Assembly: GCA_050951845.1 (NCBI GenBank)
Contig: JBMNJV010000006.1
Location: 295,565 to 359,564 of the forward strand
Length of the DNA stretch: 64,000 nt
DNA from: Saccharofermentanales bacterium
Lineage (GTDB): Bacteria; Bacillota; Clostridia; Saccharofermentanales; DTU023
Reading direction: 5' to 3'
In this document: piece after piece, positions 10,609 through 20,389 of the stretch
Layout: the number at the start of each line of letters is the position of its first letter
How positions within the stretch are numbered: the stretch's first letter is position 1
Notes under the pieces: model-generated
What the model was told of the DNA's origin: nothing
Seen by the model: only the letters and a program-made list of their open reading frames with translations
Databases searched by the model: none
Program-made: the position numbers and the translations under genes

Positions 10609-12954
10609 CTAATCTCTTTGTTTAGATTTCTTCTTGCGTAATACTAACAGTACCCCACCGGCAATAACGAGCAGCAAGCTTGCCCACAGATAGATTCCGA
10701 TGTTCTCTCCCGTTTTCGGTGAAGTCTTGCCCGGATCCGAAGGCTTGATTGTTTCTGTCGGAGTGGTTGTTCCGGTCTGTTTAGTTGTTTCTGCCGGCTT
10801 GGTTGTTCCGGTCTGCTTGGTTGTTCCGGTCGAATCCGTTGTTCCGGTCGAATCCGTTGTTCCGGTCTGCTTGGTTGTTCCGGTCGGATCCGTTGTTCCG
10901 GTCGGATCCGTTGTTCCGGTCGGATCCGTTGTTCCTGCAGGATCCGTTGTTCCTGTAGGATCCGTTGTTCCTGAAGGATCCATTGTCCCTGTAGGCCAGG
11001 TTGTTTCTGTTGGATCGGTTGTTTTTGTAGGCCCGGTTATTCCTGTAGATTCCGTTGTTTCTGTAGGCCCGGTTATTCCTGTAGGTTCCGTTGTTTTTGT
11101 AGGCCCGGTTGTTTCTGTAGGTTCCGTTGTTTCTGTAGGCCCGGTTGTTTCTGTAGGATCACTCGGTTTAGTTACCGTAGTTTCTTTCCAGACAGCCGTA
11201 AACGTATGTCCGCCTGCCGGTACGATATATTTATCGCCAGGCTGATACGCTGAGCCTTCCCAGTATTGAAATTCATAACCTTCTCTGACCGGTGCTTCTT
11301 TGATCGTGATTTCTTCGCCAACGTTTGTCGTGATTGTTTTAAGAGCAGTTGTTCCATCCGACCACTTGCCGCCGGCAGGATCAAAGGTCACCGTAGCTTC
11401 TTCCGGATCTGACCCTATAAATTCAAATATCGCTCTGACCACGACATCGCTGTCAGGCATCGTGAACTTGTTGTTAGTGATGGTTATATCGCCCGATACT
11501 CTCCGCCATTCCTTCAATTGCCAACCGGAATCAGGAGTGGCGCTCAGGCTGATCTCTGTTCCCGCAGTACCGGATGTCGGTGTTGCTGAAGCTGTGCCGT
11601 TGCCTTCTGTTTGTACCGTCACATTGTGGACAGGGGCACCCTTCGCTTTAATCTCAATATCTCCTGTGATGCTTGCGGCAAAAATCACCAGTGCACCGCT
11701 TGTGCTGTCGTAGGAGTAACCGGTACCTTTGGTCAACTCGGTTGAGTCAACCTTCACGCTGATATTTTCAGGAAGCTGATAGCCGTCGTTTGCCTTAAGC
11801 GTAGCGGTATAGTCAGTTGTCACCGGATCCCAATCATGCCTATGGTAGACGGCGGTGTTGTTCGTTGTCATGTCGGTCAGAATATTCGTAACGGCATAGG
11901 CGTTTGCCTCATACAGAGAGAGTTCAGAGCCGATGTCGCAGGCATAGTCGGTCTGCTTATCGCCGTTGCACTGCTCGGAGAAAACAAAGAGGCTACTGTC
12001 ATCCGGTGACCGATCACTTGGAAAATTGATGGTCAGCGTACCGGATGGGGATGTAGGTTGTGCGATGCGACCGTAATACTTAATGTTTTCGCTGTTGCCA
12101 TCCTTGAGCACAGCCGAAATATATTCGTTCGGACCGGTTGTCGCGTTTTCATAATCGAATGTAAAATTCTTGGAAGTCATAGCCACCCATGTAACTGAAA
12201 AATCGCGACTTTCATCCAGCAGCGTCAGCTTCCACTCGGTCGTATCCGTGTCTGAAACAGCTGTCAGCGCGTCTGCACCCAGTCCACCGCTGGCTTTGCC
12301 GCCCTCGGCGGCCGAAGTAAAGAGGACGGAGGGCAGGTTAAGGTTAAAGGCAGGCCGTGCGTAAGCAGACTTTGTGACGGGAGCATAGCCCAAGCTGCCG
12401 TAATGAGTAATGACGCCCGCCCCTGATTCGATAGGCGACCGCTGCCACCAGTCCCTCACAAAGCCGTCTAAAGTATACGCTTTCCGGCTACCATCATCGG
12501 TAAAAGGGAATGTGTTTGTTTCCTGAGCCGACAAGAAGAAAACTTTGTCACCCTGCAATATGTTGCTACATCCTGGATCGTCTTTCGTCGTTGCAACAAG
12601 AGCGGTCTGTTCTCCTGCGCTGAGAGCATTGGTATAAAAACTTTGACACCAGCCTTGGGCTGTGCTGCCCTGCCACGCATTACCTCCACTCGCCGGATTG
12701 AACTGTGTGCTGTCAAGCAATTTGTCAGACAAAAACAACTTGGAATTGCCGCCGCCATCGTTTCCATTGCCTAGCACACGCCATTGGACGGACGCACCGC
12801 TGAAGTTGCCGAACCACACCGTGTTACCCACATCAATTTTGTCCGTACCTGGCACGATAGCAGGCGAACCTTGCGCAAACGTTTCTTGTAGTGGCAACAC
12901 TGCCCAAACCATGAGCAGCGCCAGAATCAGGACTAAAGCTTTTTTTGTTTTCAT
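10609..12954 (-). CDS. Sortase-anchored surface protein: signal peptide, DUF6273-like domain, InlB B-repeat (Flg_new-like) domains, Thr/Pro-rich stalk, PKTGE sorting motif, TM segment and basic tail
   Basis: WRVL…KVFFLS…WWQRSP…RPAF signature; VTFDPAGG…EGYEFQYW B-repeat; C-terminal SPKTGENIGIYLWASLLLVIAGGVLLVLRKKK. Confidence 0.85.
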   Translation of the reverse strand: MKTKKALVLILALLMVWAVLPLQETFAQGSPAIVPGTDKIDVGNTVWFGNFSGASVQWRVLGNGNDGGGNSKLFLSDKLLDSTQFNPASGGNAWQGSTAQGWCQSFYTNALSAGEQTALVATTKDDPGCSNILQGDKVFFLSAQETNTFPFTDDGSRKAYTLDGFVRDWWQRSPIESGAGVITHYGSLGYAPVTKSAYARPAFNLNLPSVLFTSAAEGGKASGGLGADALTAVSDTDTTEWKLTLLDESRDFSVTWVAMTSKNFTFDYENATTGPNEYISAVLKDGNSENIKYYGRIAQPTSPSGTLTINFPSDRSPDDSSLFVFSEQCNGDKQTDYACDIGSELSLYEANAYAVTNILTDMTTNNTAVYHRHDWDPVTTDYTATLKANDGYQLPENISVKVDSTELTKGTGYSYDSTSGALVIFAASITGDIEIKAKGAPVHNVTVQTEGNGTASATPTSGTAGTEISLSATPDSGWQLKEWRRVSGDITITNNKFTMPDSDVVVRAIFEFIGSDPEEATVTFDPAGGKWSDGTTALKTITTNVGEEITIKEAPVREGYEFQYWEGSAYQPGDKYIVPAGGHTFTAVWKETTVTKPSDPTETTGPTETTEPTETTGPTKTTEPTGITGPTETTESTGITGPTKTTDPTETTWPTGTMDPSGTTDPTGTTDPAGTTDPTGTTDPTGTTDPTGTTKQTGTTDSTGTTDSTGTTKQTGTTKPAETTKQTGTTTPTETIKPSDPGKTSPKTGENIGIYLWASLLLVIAGGVLLVLRKKKSKQRD
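10757..11170 (-). repeat. 18-bp (6-aa) tandem repeats TTDPTG / PTETTG in the stalk of the surface protein
   Basis: Repeated gttgttccggtcggatcc and gttgtttctgtaggcccg units. Confidence 0.9.
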
Positions 12955-13400
12955 AGGTTATCTTTCCTCCTATTATTTAAAAGCCCGCTTCGGTCTGTTC
13001 GGCAGCTTATTACCGGAACAGCTTCAGCCGGATGTCACAGTTTGATACCCGCAGATAATCCTTGATTTGTCCGGGTGATGAAAGCCGATCAATTTTGATT
13101 TTACGAAAAACAGACTTTCCCATGTGACTCCTGATACTTCTTGTAAGTCTGTCAACTTAAAAAATCAACTATAGTTAACAGAGATCCGTTTTAATATGTT
13201 TCTCTTCAAAGTAACCGAATTTCCATTGCAGAAATGTACCTGTAAAACACTGTCTTCCTGTGCTTTTACCTCTGAAATAAGTTCTCCTTTTATCTTCGCA
13301 ATCTCTTTAACAGCAAACCTTGCCATTTAATATTATTTTATATGAAAAAGTGTTTTTACGGTATAACTATTTGTCACGATTAATATTTTTTTTGCAACAA

Positions 13401-13494
13401 AATCAGATTTTCTAAAGCATGGCACGCAAAGGGAACTGTTGTAACAATCCTCCCGATAAAGAACTTCTTCGGTCTAATAAAGCAAGAAATGTTT
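13401..13494 (+). mobile_element. IS3-family integrase-core relic
   Basis: Frameshifted SMARKGNCCNNP…KNFFGLIKQEMF, matching the IS3-family SMSRKGNCxDNxxxENFFGxLKxEM motif. Confidence 0.75.
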
Positions 13495-13740
13495 GCAGAA
13501 AATCCGGATATTGAGAATCAGGAATTAACCTTAATATAACTCAAGTCATATATTAATTAAAAATAAATGTATAAACTTGCTTTCTTGCTTTAATGAAATT
13601 TAATTGTAAAACAATAAATGATAAATAATATACACAATAAATTATTTTTTATATAAAAGAAACATTTTCATAGGAGCATTTTCGATAGGAGCATTTTCGA
13701 TGTCTAAGATATTGGAAGCAAAAAAGTATCTGTTAAAAGA

Positions 13741-14448
13741 TTATTCTTTTTCGGCGTCACGATTGAAATAGTAACCTACTCCTCGTTTGGTCAGGATATA
13801 CTTATAATTCTCCTGATCCGGTTCCAGTTTTTCACGAGTCCTTCTTATCGTAACATCAACGGTTCTCACATCACCGAAATATTCATAACCCCAGACTTTT
13901 TCCAATAGTGTTTCGCGCGAGAATACCTGACCTGCATTGCGTGCTAAGAATAAGACCAATTCATATTCTCGCAATGTAAGATTGATCGGTTCATCATTCA
14001 TTAAAATCTCATAAGCTTTTTGATTGATTTTCAAGTCACCATATTCAATGATATCGGAAGTATCCTGCGGTCCGGCTTCGGTAATATGACTTCTGCGCAG
14101 CAGTGCTTTTACTCTTGCCATAACTTCACGCATGCTGAACGGCTTGACAATATAATCATCAGCACCTAATTCCAAACCGAGCACTTTATCTATTTCTTCC
14201 GATTTTGCAGTAAGCATGATAATCGGAACTAAAGTTTCCTGTCTGAGTTTACGGCAAACATCAAAGCCATCCATTTGCGGCAACATACAATCCAGTAAAA
14301 TCAAGTCAGGATCATCAGACAAAGCAAGTTCCAAAGCGGTTTTTCCGTCGTATGCCGCGATAGTTTCATATCCTTCACGTTCCAAGTTCTCTCGCAGAAT
14401 TTCCACAATATTTTGCTCATCGTCAACAACTAAGATTTTAGCAGACAT
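13741..14448 (-). CDS. walR: OmpR-family response regulator, WalR/YycF type (copy 2, no adjacent kinase)
   Basis: Protein identical to 9446-10153 except the last residue (E vs Q). Confidence 0.9.
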   Translation of the reverse strand: MSAKILVVDDEQNIVEILRENLEREGYETIAAYDGKTALELALSDDPDLILLDCMLPQMDGFDVCRKLRQETLVPIIMLTAKSEEIDKVLGLELGADDYIVKPFSMREVMARVKALLRRSHITEAGPQDTSDIIEYGDLKINQKAYEILMNDEPINLTLREYELVLFLARNAGQVFSRETLLEKVWGYEYFGDVRTVDVTIRRTREKLEPDQENYKYILTKRGVGYYFNRDAEKE

Positions 14449-14523
14449 CTTATGGGCTCACTTCCTTATTTATTTAATACAGTATAGTATAATTATAATT
14501 TAACCGTTGCAAAATTGTAATAA

Positions 14524-14976
14524 TTATTCAGTCATTGGAGTGCCGGTTTGTTTGGCAATAATCAAATCTAAGGTGCGCCATGCTAAAACTGCACAGCGAA
14601 CTCTTTGCGGCATTGTTGAAATGTTTTTGAAAGCAATGGCATCTTCCAATTCTTCTTCCAAAATTTCATCATCGGTTATTTCACCTTTGATCATGCCTAA
14701 AAATGTTTCTACCAAGCTCTTAGCTTCTTGGATTGTCTTACCTTTAATCAAACCGCAAAGTAATGATGTCGATGCTTGAGAAATTGCACAACCTGCTCCT
14801 GTGAAAGATGCATCTGAGATCAGATCATTTTCTATTTTAAGCGAAAGATGAATATCATCTCCGCAACTAGGATTATAGCCACGTTCAGTCGCTGTAGCAT
14901 CCGTCATTTCGTGACGATGCTTGTTCGAACGCGCGTTTTCCATAATGATTTGTGAATATATTTGTCTTAAATCCAT
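14524..14976 (-). CDS. sufU: Fe-S assembly sulfurtransferase/scaffold SufU
   Basis: NPSCGDDI, GCAISQAS, RVRCA (three conserved Cys); last gene of the suf operon. Confidence 0.95.
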   Translation of the reverse strand: MDLRQIYSQIIMENARSNKHRHEMTDATATERGYNPSCGDDIHLSLKIENDLISDASFTGAGCAISQASTSLLCGLIKGKTIQEAKSLVETFLGMIKGEITDDEILEEELEDAIAFKNISTMPQRVRCAVLAWRTLDLIIAKQTGTPMTE

Positions 14977-15025
14977 ATTATTACCTTATTTCAAAAATTT
15001 GTTTCTTCTCAGAATTTCAGGCTGT

Positions 15026-15520
15026 GCTGATTTCTTGTATAAACTTAAAAAGTGTGCAATTTCCGCTCGTAAATCCCGGTTTTAGAGGATAGCGTGCACA
15101 CTATTTAAGGTTGTGCAGCTAATTTCTTGTATAAACTTAAAAAGTGTGCAAGCACAGCTCGTAAATCATGGTTTGAGAGGATAGCGTGCACACTATTTAA
15201 GGTTGTGCAGCTGATTCCATGTATAAGCTTAAAAAGTGTGCAATCACAGCTCGTAAATCCCGGTTTTAGAGGATAGCGTGCACACTATTTAAGGTTGTGC
15301 AGCTGATTCCATGTATAAGCTTAAAAAGTGTGCAATCACAGCTCGTAAATCCCGGTTTCAGAGGATAGCGTGCACACTATTTAAGGTTGTGCAGCTGATT
15401 CCATGTATAAACTTAAAAAGTGTGCAAGCACAGCTCGTAAATCCCGGTTTTAGAGGATAGCGTGTACACTATTTAAGGTTGTGCAGCTGATTCCATGTAT
15501 AAGCTTAAAAAGTGTGCAAT
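15026..15520. repeat. Non-coding tandem array: ~5.4 copies of a 92-bp unit containing an internal 14-bp inverted repeat
   Basis: Units start at 15026, 15118, 15210, 15302, 15394 and 15486; ttaaaaagtgtgca and tgcacactatttaa are reverse complements with 1 mismatch; flanked by a 17-bp direct repeat ctcagaatttc(a/g)ggctg at 15008-15024 and 15547-15563. Confidence 0.97.
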
Positions 15521-15615
15521 TTTCACGGTTCAGAAGCCGATTTCAGCTCAGAATTTCGGGCTGCAAATTTCCATTTGCAGAACTCTGAAAAGTGAGCAGT
15601 TGTTACATCATTTAT

Positions 15616-16869
15616 TCAAATATCCAGTTGCATTATATTTTTGACATCTTCCAATGCTTCAATGAATAAATCTATTTCTTTTTTCGTATTATAAAAAGCA
15701 AGGCTTGCCCGATTTGTGGAGTTTTGACCTAAGTATCTGTGTAAGGGTTGCGTGCAATGATGTCCCGCACGAATTGCTACTCCATGATAATCCAAAATGG
15801 TTGCAACATCATGCGGATGAGCATCTTTGACATTGAAAGCAATTGCGGGACCTTTCGCACCTTGTTTCGGATGGTATATTTCAATGTATGGCAATTTTTC
15901 AAGTTTTGCTGCACAATAATCCGCCAGAGCAGTTTCATAAGCAGCAATTTTATCCAGACCGATCTCCTCCAAGTATTCAATTGCGGCAGCCAGACCGACC
16001 ATTCCGCCCACATCCTGTGTACCCGCTTCAAATTTATAAGGCAATTGAGTAAACGTTGATCTTTGATCTTCAACATATTCGATCATTTCCCCGCCATAGA
16101 GGAAAGGTGGCATCGCTTGCAATATTTCAGATTTGCCGTACAGCACACCGATACCCAAAGGTCCCAGCATTTTATGTCCTGAAAAAGCCAGAAAATCACA
16201 ATCCAATTTTTGGACATTAACTTTGGTATGAGGTACAAGCTGAGCTGCATCAACCACGGTCAAAGCATTGTGCTCTTTTGCAATACGGATGATTGCCGCA
16301 GCATCCGGTATTGTTCCCAAAACATTGGATGCAGCAGAAAACGCAACAATTTTGGTGCGTTCGGATATTTTATCGCGATAATCCTGCATGTCCAATTGAT
16401 AATCATCAGTCAATTCAATAAATGCCAATTCGGCACCCGTTTTTTGAGCAACAAATTGCCAATTCACAAAATTCGAATGATGTTCCATTCTGGTAATCAG
16501 AATCTGATCGCCTGCTTGCAGATTATTTAACCCCCAAGTATAAGCAATTATATTCAAAGATTCGCTGGCATTACGGGTGAAGATAATCTCTTTTTCCGAC
16601 TTGCTGCCGATAAATTGAGCAACTTTGATGCGGCTCGCAATCATTGCTTCAGTTGCAGCAGCACCCAGACGATGTGCACCGCGCAAGGGATTTCCGTTTT
16701 CAAAACGGTAAAAATTATCCATACGCTCAATCACCTGATTCGGTCTTTGAGTAGTTGCAGCATTATCTAAATAAATAATCGGTCCGTCCAACTCCAAATA
16801 AGCAAAATCGGATCTCACTTGCTCCAAATCAAAACCGGGATTTGCCAATTTTTCTAAAATCGCTTCCAT
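15616..16869 (-). CDS. sufS: SufS cysteine desulfurase
   Basis: YLDNAATTQRP, HHSN, DAAQ, FSGHKMLGP (PLP lysine), RAGHHCTQP. Confidence 0.97.
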   Translation of the reverse strand: MEAILEKLANPGFDLEQVRSDFAYLELDGPIIYLDNAATTQRPNQVIERMDNFYRFENGNPLRGAHRLGAAATEAMIASRIKVAQFIGSKSEKEIIFTRNASESLNIIAYTWGLNNLQAGDQILITRMEHHSNFVNWQFVAQKTGAELAFIELTDDYQLDMQDYRDKISERTKIVAFSAASNVLGTIPDAAAIIRIAKEHNALTVVDAAQLVPHTKVNVQKLDCDFLAFSGHKMLGPLGIGVLYGKSEILQAMPPFLYGGEMIEYVEDQRSTFTQLPYKFEAGTQDVGGMVGLAAAIEYLEEIGLDKIAAYETALADYCAAKLEKLPYIEIYHPKQGAKGPAIAFNVKDAHPHDVATILDYHGVAIRAGHHCTQPLHRYLGQNSTNRASLAFYNTKKEIDLFIEALEDVKNIMQLDI

Positions 16870-16983
16870 CTTCTCTACCTTTGCAGATTCTTATATCCGG
16901 ACAATGTCTGAATCATCTCAGTCTCATCGTCTATGTTAAGACGGATGTCTTCTCTGATCTTATCTCATTTTATCCTAACGGTA

Positions 16984-18054
16984 TTAGCGGCGTAAAATTC
17001 TGGTATGTACTTCTTTGCGCAAATCAAGCCGCAATTCTTCGTTCGGAATTTGGTCAAAGGTCGGTGTCATTCGTGATTCTACAATTAGTCCTTCAGATTC
17101 TTTACGACTCAAACCGCGACTCATCAAATAAAATAATTGTTCCTCATCAATTTGACCGGCACTTGCAGCATGATTGCCGACGATGTCATCTTCATGTGCC
17201 AATAATAAGGGAACTGCAATAGAGCGTACCGTATCATCCAATAAAATTGTAAACTCTTCTTCATTACCGTCTGAACCGCTGCAGCCTTCCACAAAATCAA
17301 TTGTACCGCGGAATTTTTTAACAGAATGATCCATTAATGCACCGTTTACCTGAATATCCGAAATACATTCTTCACCGATATGACGCACATGATAAAACAA
17401 GTCCAAATGATCATTGCCGCTGCCTAAATATGCGGTTTTTATATGACTTTCCGCACCGAAGCCTTCCATATCAACCATATAGTGAAAAACCGCATTGCCG
17501 GCACCGAGTTCGACTGTAGCCAAATTTAATCTGGCACCATCTCCTACACGTGCAACTACAGATACATTGGACACTGAATTTTCATTCAAACGTTGAACTA
17601 ACACAACATTAGCTTCGGCGTCATTTTCGACATCGATTAGGATTGTTGAATTGCGTTCAACTCTGGAATCATCTTCACTATAATTATATAGAAGGACTGT
17701 TCCGTTTTGTAACGGCGGAACTACGATCTGGTTTTGATCAACCAGTAACGGATTTTCCGCTGATTGCGGTAAGCGAACTTCAATCGGTTTACTATCGGAT
17801 ATTCGCCAATGATTTGCCAAATTACATTGTTCACTGTTCATTCGCATGACTTCTTCGGAAATGCCATGATCTAAATCATAAAAAGTTTGTTTAAGTTCCT
17901 GATCTATTTCTCCAACACTTTGAACAGCTGTATAAGGAATTTTCTGATTGTTTTGTAAATCTATCTTTACATCGTTTACATCCATCCAATTCCAAGTTAA
18001 AGCGGGTAATGTATTTCCCCGAAGTTCATTAGTTCTTCTGTTAATCTTAGTCAT
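16984..18054 (-). CDS. sufD: Fe-S assembly protein SufD
   Basis: SufBD beta-helix C-terminus PLLLAHEDDIVGNHAAS…FYLMSRGL; lies between sufB and sufS. Confidence 0.9.
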   Translation of the reverse strand: MTKINRRTNELRGNTLPALTWNWMDVNDVKIDLQNNQKIPYTAVQSVGEIDQELKQTFYDLDHGISEEVMRMNSEQCNLANHWRISDSKPIEVRLPQSAENPLLVDQNQIVVPPLQNGTVLLYNYSEDDSRVERNSTILIDVENDAEANVVLVQRLNENSVSNVSVVARVGDGARLNLATVELGAGNAVFHYMVDMEGFGAESHIKTAYLGSGNDHLDLFYHVRHIGEECISDIQVNGALMDHSVKKFRGTIDFVEGCSGSDGNEEEFTILLDDTVRSIAVPLLLAHEDDIVGNHAASAGQIDEEQLFYLMSRGLSRKESEGLIVESRMTPTFDQIPNEELRLDLRKEVHTRILRR

Positions 18055-19589
18055 CAGCCGATCGCTCCCTTCAATTCGAGATTGATCAATTCATTCATCT
18101 CTACTGCATATTCCAGAGGAAGTTCTTTGGCAACAGGTTCGGCAAAACCACGTACAATCATTGCTTTAGCTTCTTCTTCCGAAAGTCCGCGACTCATCAG
18201 ATAGAAAATTGCCTGATCATCAATCCGACCGATCTTAGCTTCATGCCCGAAGTCAACATCATCGTTTTTCAAAATAATCGTCGGAATCGTATCACCGCGA
18301 CTTTGTGCATCCAGCATCAAAGATTGACAATCCGTATTTGATTTACAACCGTAAGCACCTTCTTCTACCTGAACCAGGCTGCGATATATCGCTTTGCCGC
18401 CGCCTTTGGAAATTGACTTCGTTTCCACCGCAGAATAGGTATGCGGTGCTTTATGTACAACCTGGGCCCCCGTATCGAGAGTTTGACCGGCACCGGCAAA
18501 CGTAATTCCGGTAAATTCACTGCGTGCACCTTCACCGATCAGAATACTTGCAGGATAGAGCATGGATACTCTTGAACCGAATGAACCGGAAATCCATTCA
18601 ATTACACCGTCTTTTTCAACAATTGCTCGTTTGGAATTCAGGTTATACATATTGCGCGACCAGTTTTCAATTGTCGAGTAGCGTAATTTTGCTCCCTCTT
18701 TCACAAACAATTCAACTCCGCCGGCATGCAAGTTAATCGTGTTATAACGCGGCGCGGAACAGCCTTCAATAAAGTGCAGACTTCCGCCTTTTTCAACAAT
18801 GATCAGTGTATGTTCGAATTGACCCGCACCCGGTGCATTCATTCTGAAATAGCTTTGCAGAGGTATATCAACATGCACACCTTCCGGTACATAGACGTAC
18901 GAACCGCCCGACCAGACTGCATAATGCAAAGCTGAATAACGATGTAAAGTAGGTTTTAGGCAAGTACCGAAATATTCCTGAATAATCTCCGGATATTGTT
19001 CAACCGCAGATTCGAAATCCGTATAGACCACACCCTGAAGAGCTAAATAATCTTTCATGTTATGGTATACGACTTCCGAATCATATTGTGCACCGACACC
19101 GGACAGATAATCGAGCTCAGCTTCCGGAATACCCAGAAGATCAAAAGTCCTGCGGATTTCTTCCGGAACTTCCTGCCAATTACTTTCCATTTGGGCTTTC
19201 GGACGAATATAAGTCGCAATCTCATCCATATTCAATTCAGATAAGTCGGGACCCCAATTCGGATTCTCCAATTGATGATAAATTTCAAGAGCAGCCAGTC
19301 GTTTTTCCAACATCCATTCCGGCTCATTCTTAATTGAAGAAATTTCACGTACAATCTCTTCACTCAAGCCCTTTGCCAGCATTATTTCATATTTATTCGG
19401 ATTTTTAATATCGTAAACACCGCGATCAAATTCTTCGACATATGTTCGTTCTTTGAGTTTTTCCGCACGTTCTTTGCGTCTGGCTTCTTTCAAAAGCTCA
19501 CGCTCAGCAGCTTTTTCCGCTAAGATACGCTCGGCATCTTGTTGTTTAAGATTGTGATCGGACGTTAAATTGGACATTTTTTTTGACAT
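18054..19589 (-). CDS. sufB: Fe-S assembly protein SufB
   Basis: GVGAQYDSE, GQFEHTLII, EGCSAP, LHAGGVE, FYLMSRGL motifs. Confidence 0.97.
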   Translation of the reverse strand: MSKKMSNLTSDHNLKQQDAERILAEKAAERELLKEARRKERAEKLKERTYVEEFDRGVYDIKNPNKYEIMLAKGLSEEIVREISSIKNEPEWMLEKRLAALEIYHQLENPNWGPDLSELNMDEIATYIRPKAQMESNWQEVPEEIRRTFDLLGIPEAELDYLSGVGAQYDSEVVYHNMKDYLALQGVVYTDFESAVEQYPEIIQEYFGTCLKPTLHRYSALHYAVWSGGSYVYVPEGVHVDIPLQSYFRMNAPGAGQFEHTLIIVEKGGSLHFIEGCSAPRYNTINLHAGGVELFVKEGAKLRYSTIENWSRNMYNLNSKRAIVEKDGVIEWISGSFGSRVSMLYPASILIGEGARSEFTGITFAGAGQTLDTGAQVVHKAPHTYSAVETKSISKGGGKAIYRSLVQVEEGAYGCKSNTDCQSLMLDAQSRGDTIPTIILKNDDVDFGHEAKIGRIDDQAIFYLMSRGLSEEEAKAMIVRGFAEPVAKELPLEYAVEMNELINLELKGAIG

Positions 19590-19609
19590 TGATTCAACTC
19601 CTCCCCGGA

Positions 19610-20389
19610 TTAAGCGAGGATTTCATCGTGAACTTTTTCCAAACCAAGTTCTTCGCGAATCCAATTGTAGCCTTCATGATTTACCCGCTCGATCAATTCC
19701 GGACCACCTTGTTTAACCAGTTTGCCGTCAATTAAAATATGGGCATAATCCGGCTTCACACTCTCTAAAATAACACTGTGGTGGGTAATGATCAGGCAAC
19801 TTTTATTTTTATCAGCTAAGAAATCGGCAACAGTTTCTGAAACAATTCTCACCGCATCAACATCCAGACCGGAATCCGTTTCATCAAGCATGATTAAATC
19901 CGGATTGAGCACACTCATTTGCAGAATTTCGCCTTTTTTCTTTTCACCTCCGGAAAAACCTACATTGAGATATCTTTCTGCATAGGTCTGATCTAAATCA
20001 AGTTCCTGCATATGACCTTGCAATTCACGTTTGAATTTCATTACCGAAATATCCTCACCGCTCAATTCAATTTTGGTCGTACGCAGGAAATCTTCAACCG
20101 AGATGCCCGCAACTTCCAACGGATTTTGAAAAGTCAGAAAAATTCCGAGTTTTGCTCTTTCATCTGCAGAAAGTTCATTTATATTCTCACCTTCAAAATA
20201 GATGTCTCCCTCAACCTGCTCAAATTGAGGATCAGCCATAATCGTTCTGGCTAAAGTCGATTTACCTGCACCGTTCGGACCCATCAAAACATGAACTTCA
20301 CCTCGTCCGATCGCTAAATCAACTCCTTTCAGAATCTCAACATTATTTACTGCTACTTTTAAATTATTTACTTCCAACATCTTGGACAT
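19610..20389 (-). CDS. sufC: Fe-S assembly ATPase SufC
   Basis: Walker A GPNGAGKS, LNVGFSGGEKKK, LDETDSGLDVD. Confidence 0.97.
   Translation of the reverse strand: MSKMLEVNNLKVAVNNVEILKGVDLAIGRGEVHVLMGPNGAGKSTLARTIMADPQFEQVEGDIYFEGENINELSADERAKLGIFLTFQNPLEVAGISVEDFLRTTKIELSGEDISVMKFKRELQGHMQELDLDQTYAERYLNVGFSGGEKKKGEILQMSVLNPDLIMLDETDSGLDVDAVRIVSETVADFLADKNKSCLIITHHSVILESVKPDYAHILIDGKLVKQGGPELIERVNHEGYNWIREELGLEKVHDEILA

Noticed and set aside
10700-11713. Plus-strand ORFs of 181 and 137 aa (VVPVGS repeats)
   Set aside because: Antisense shadows of the Thr/Pro-rich stalk of the real minus-strand gene
13670-13699. 15-bp tandem duplication ataggagcattttcg
   Set aside because: Only two copies, most simply a slippage event near the duplication junction; no function inferable
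15026-15520. CRISPR array
   Set aside because: The whole 92-bp unit repeats, there are no unique spacers, and no cas genes are in the window
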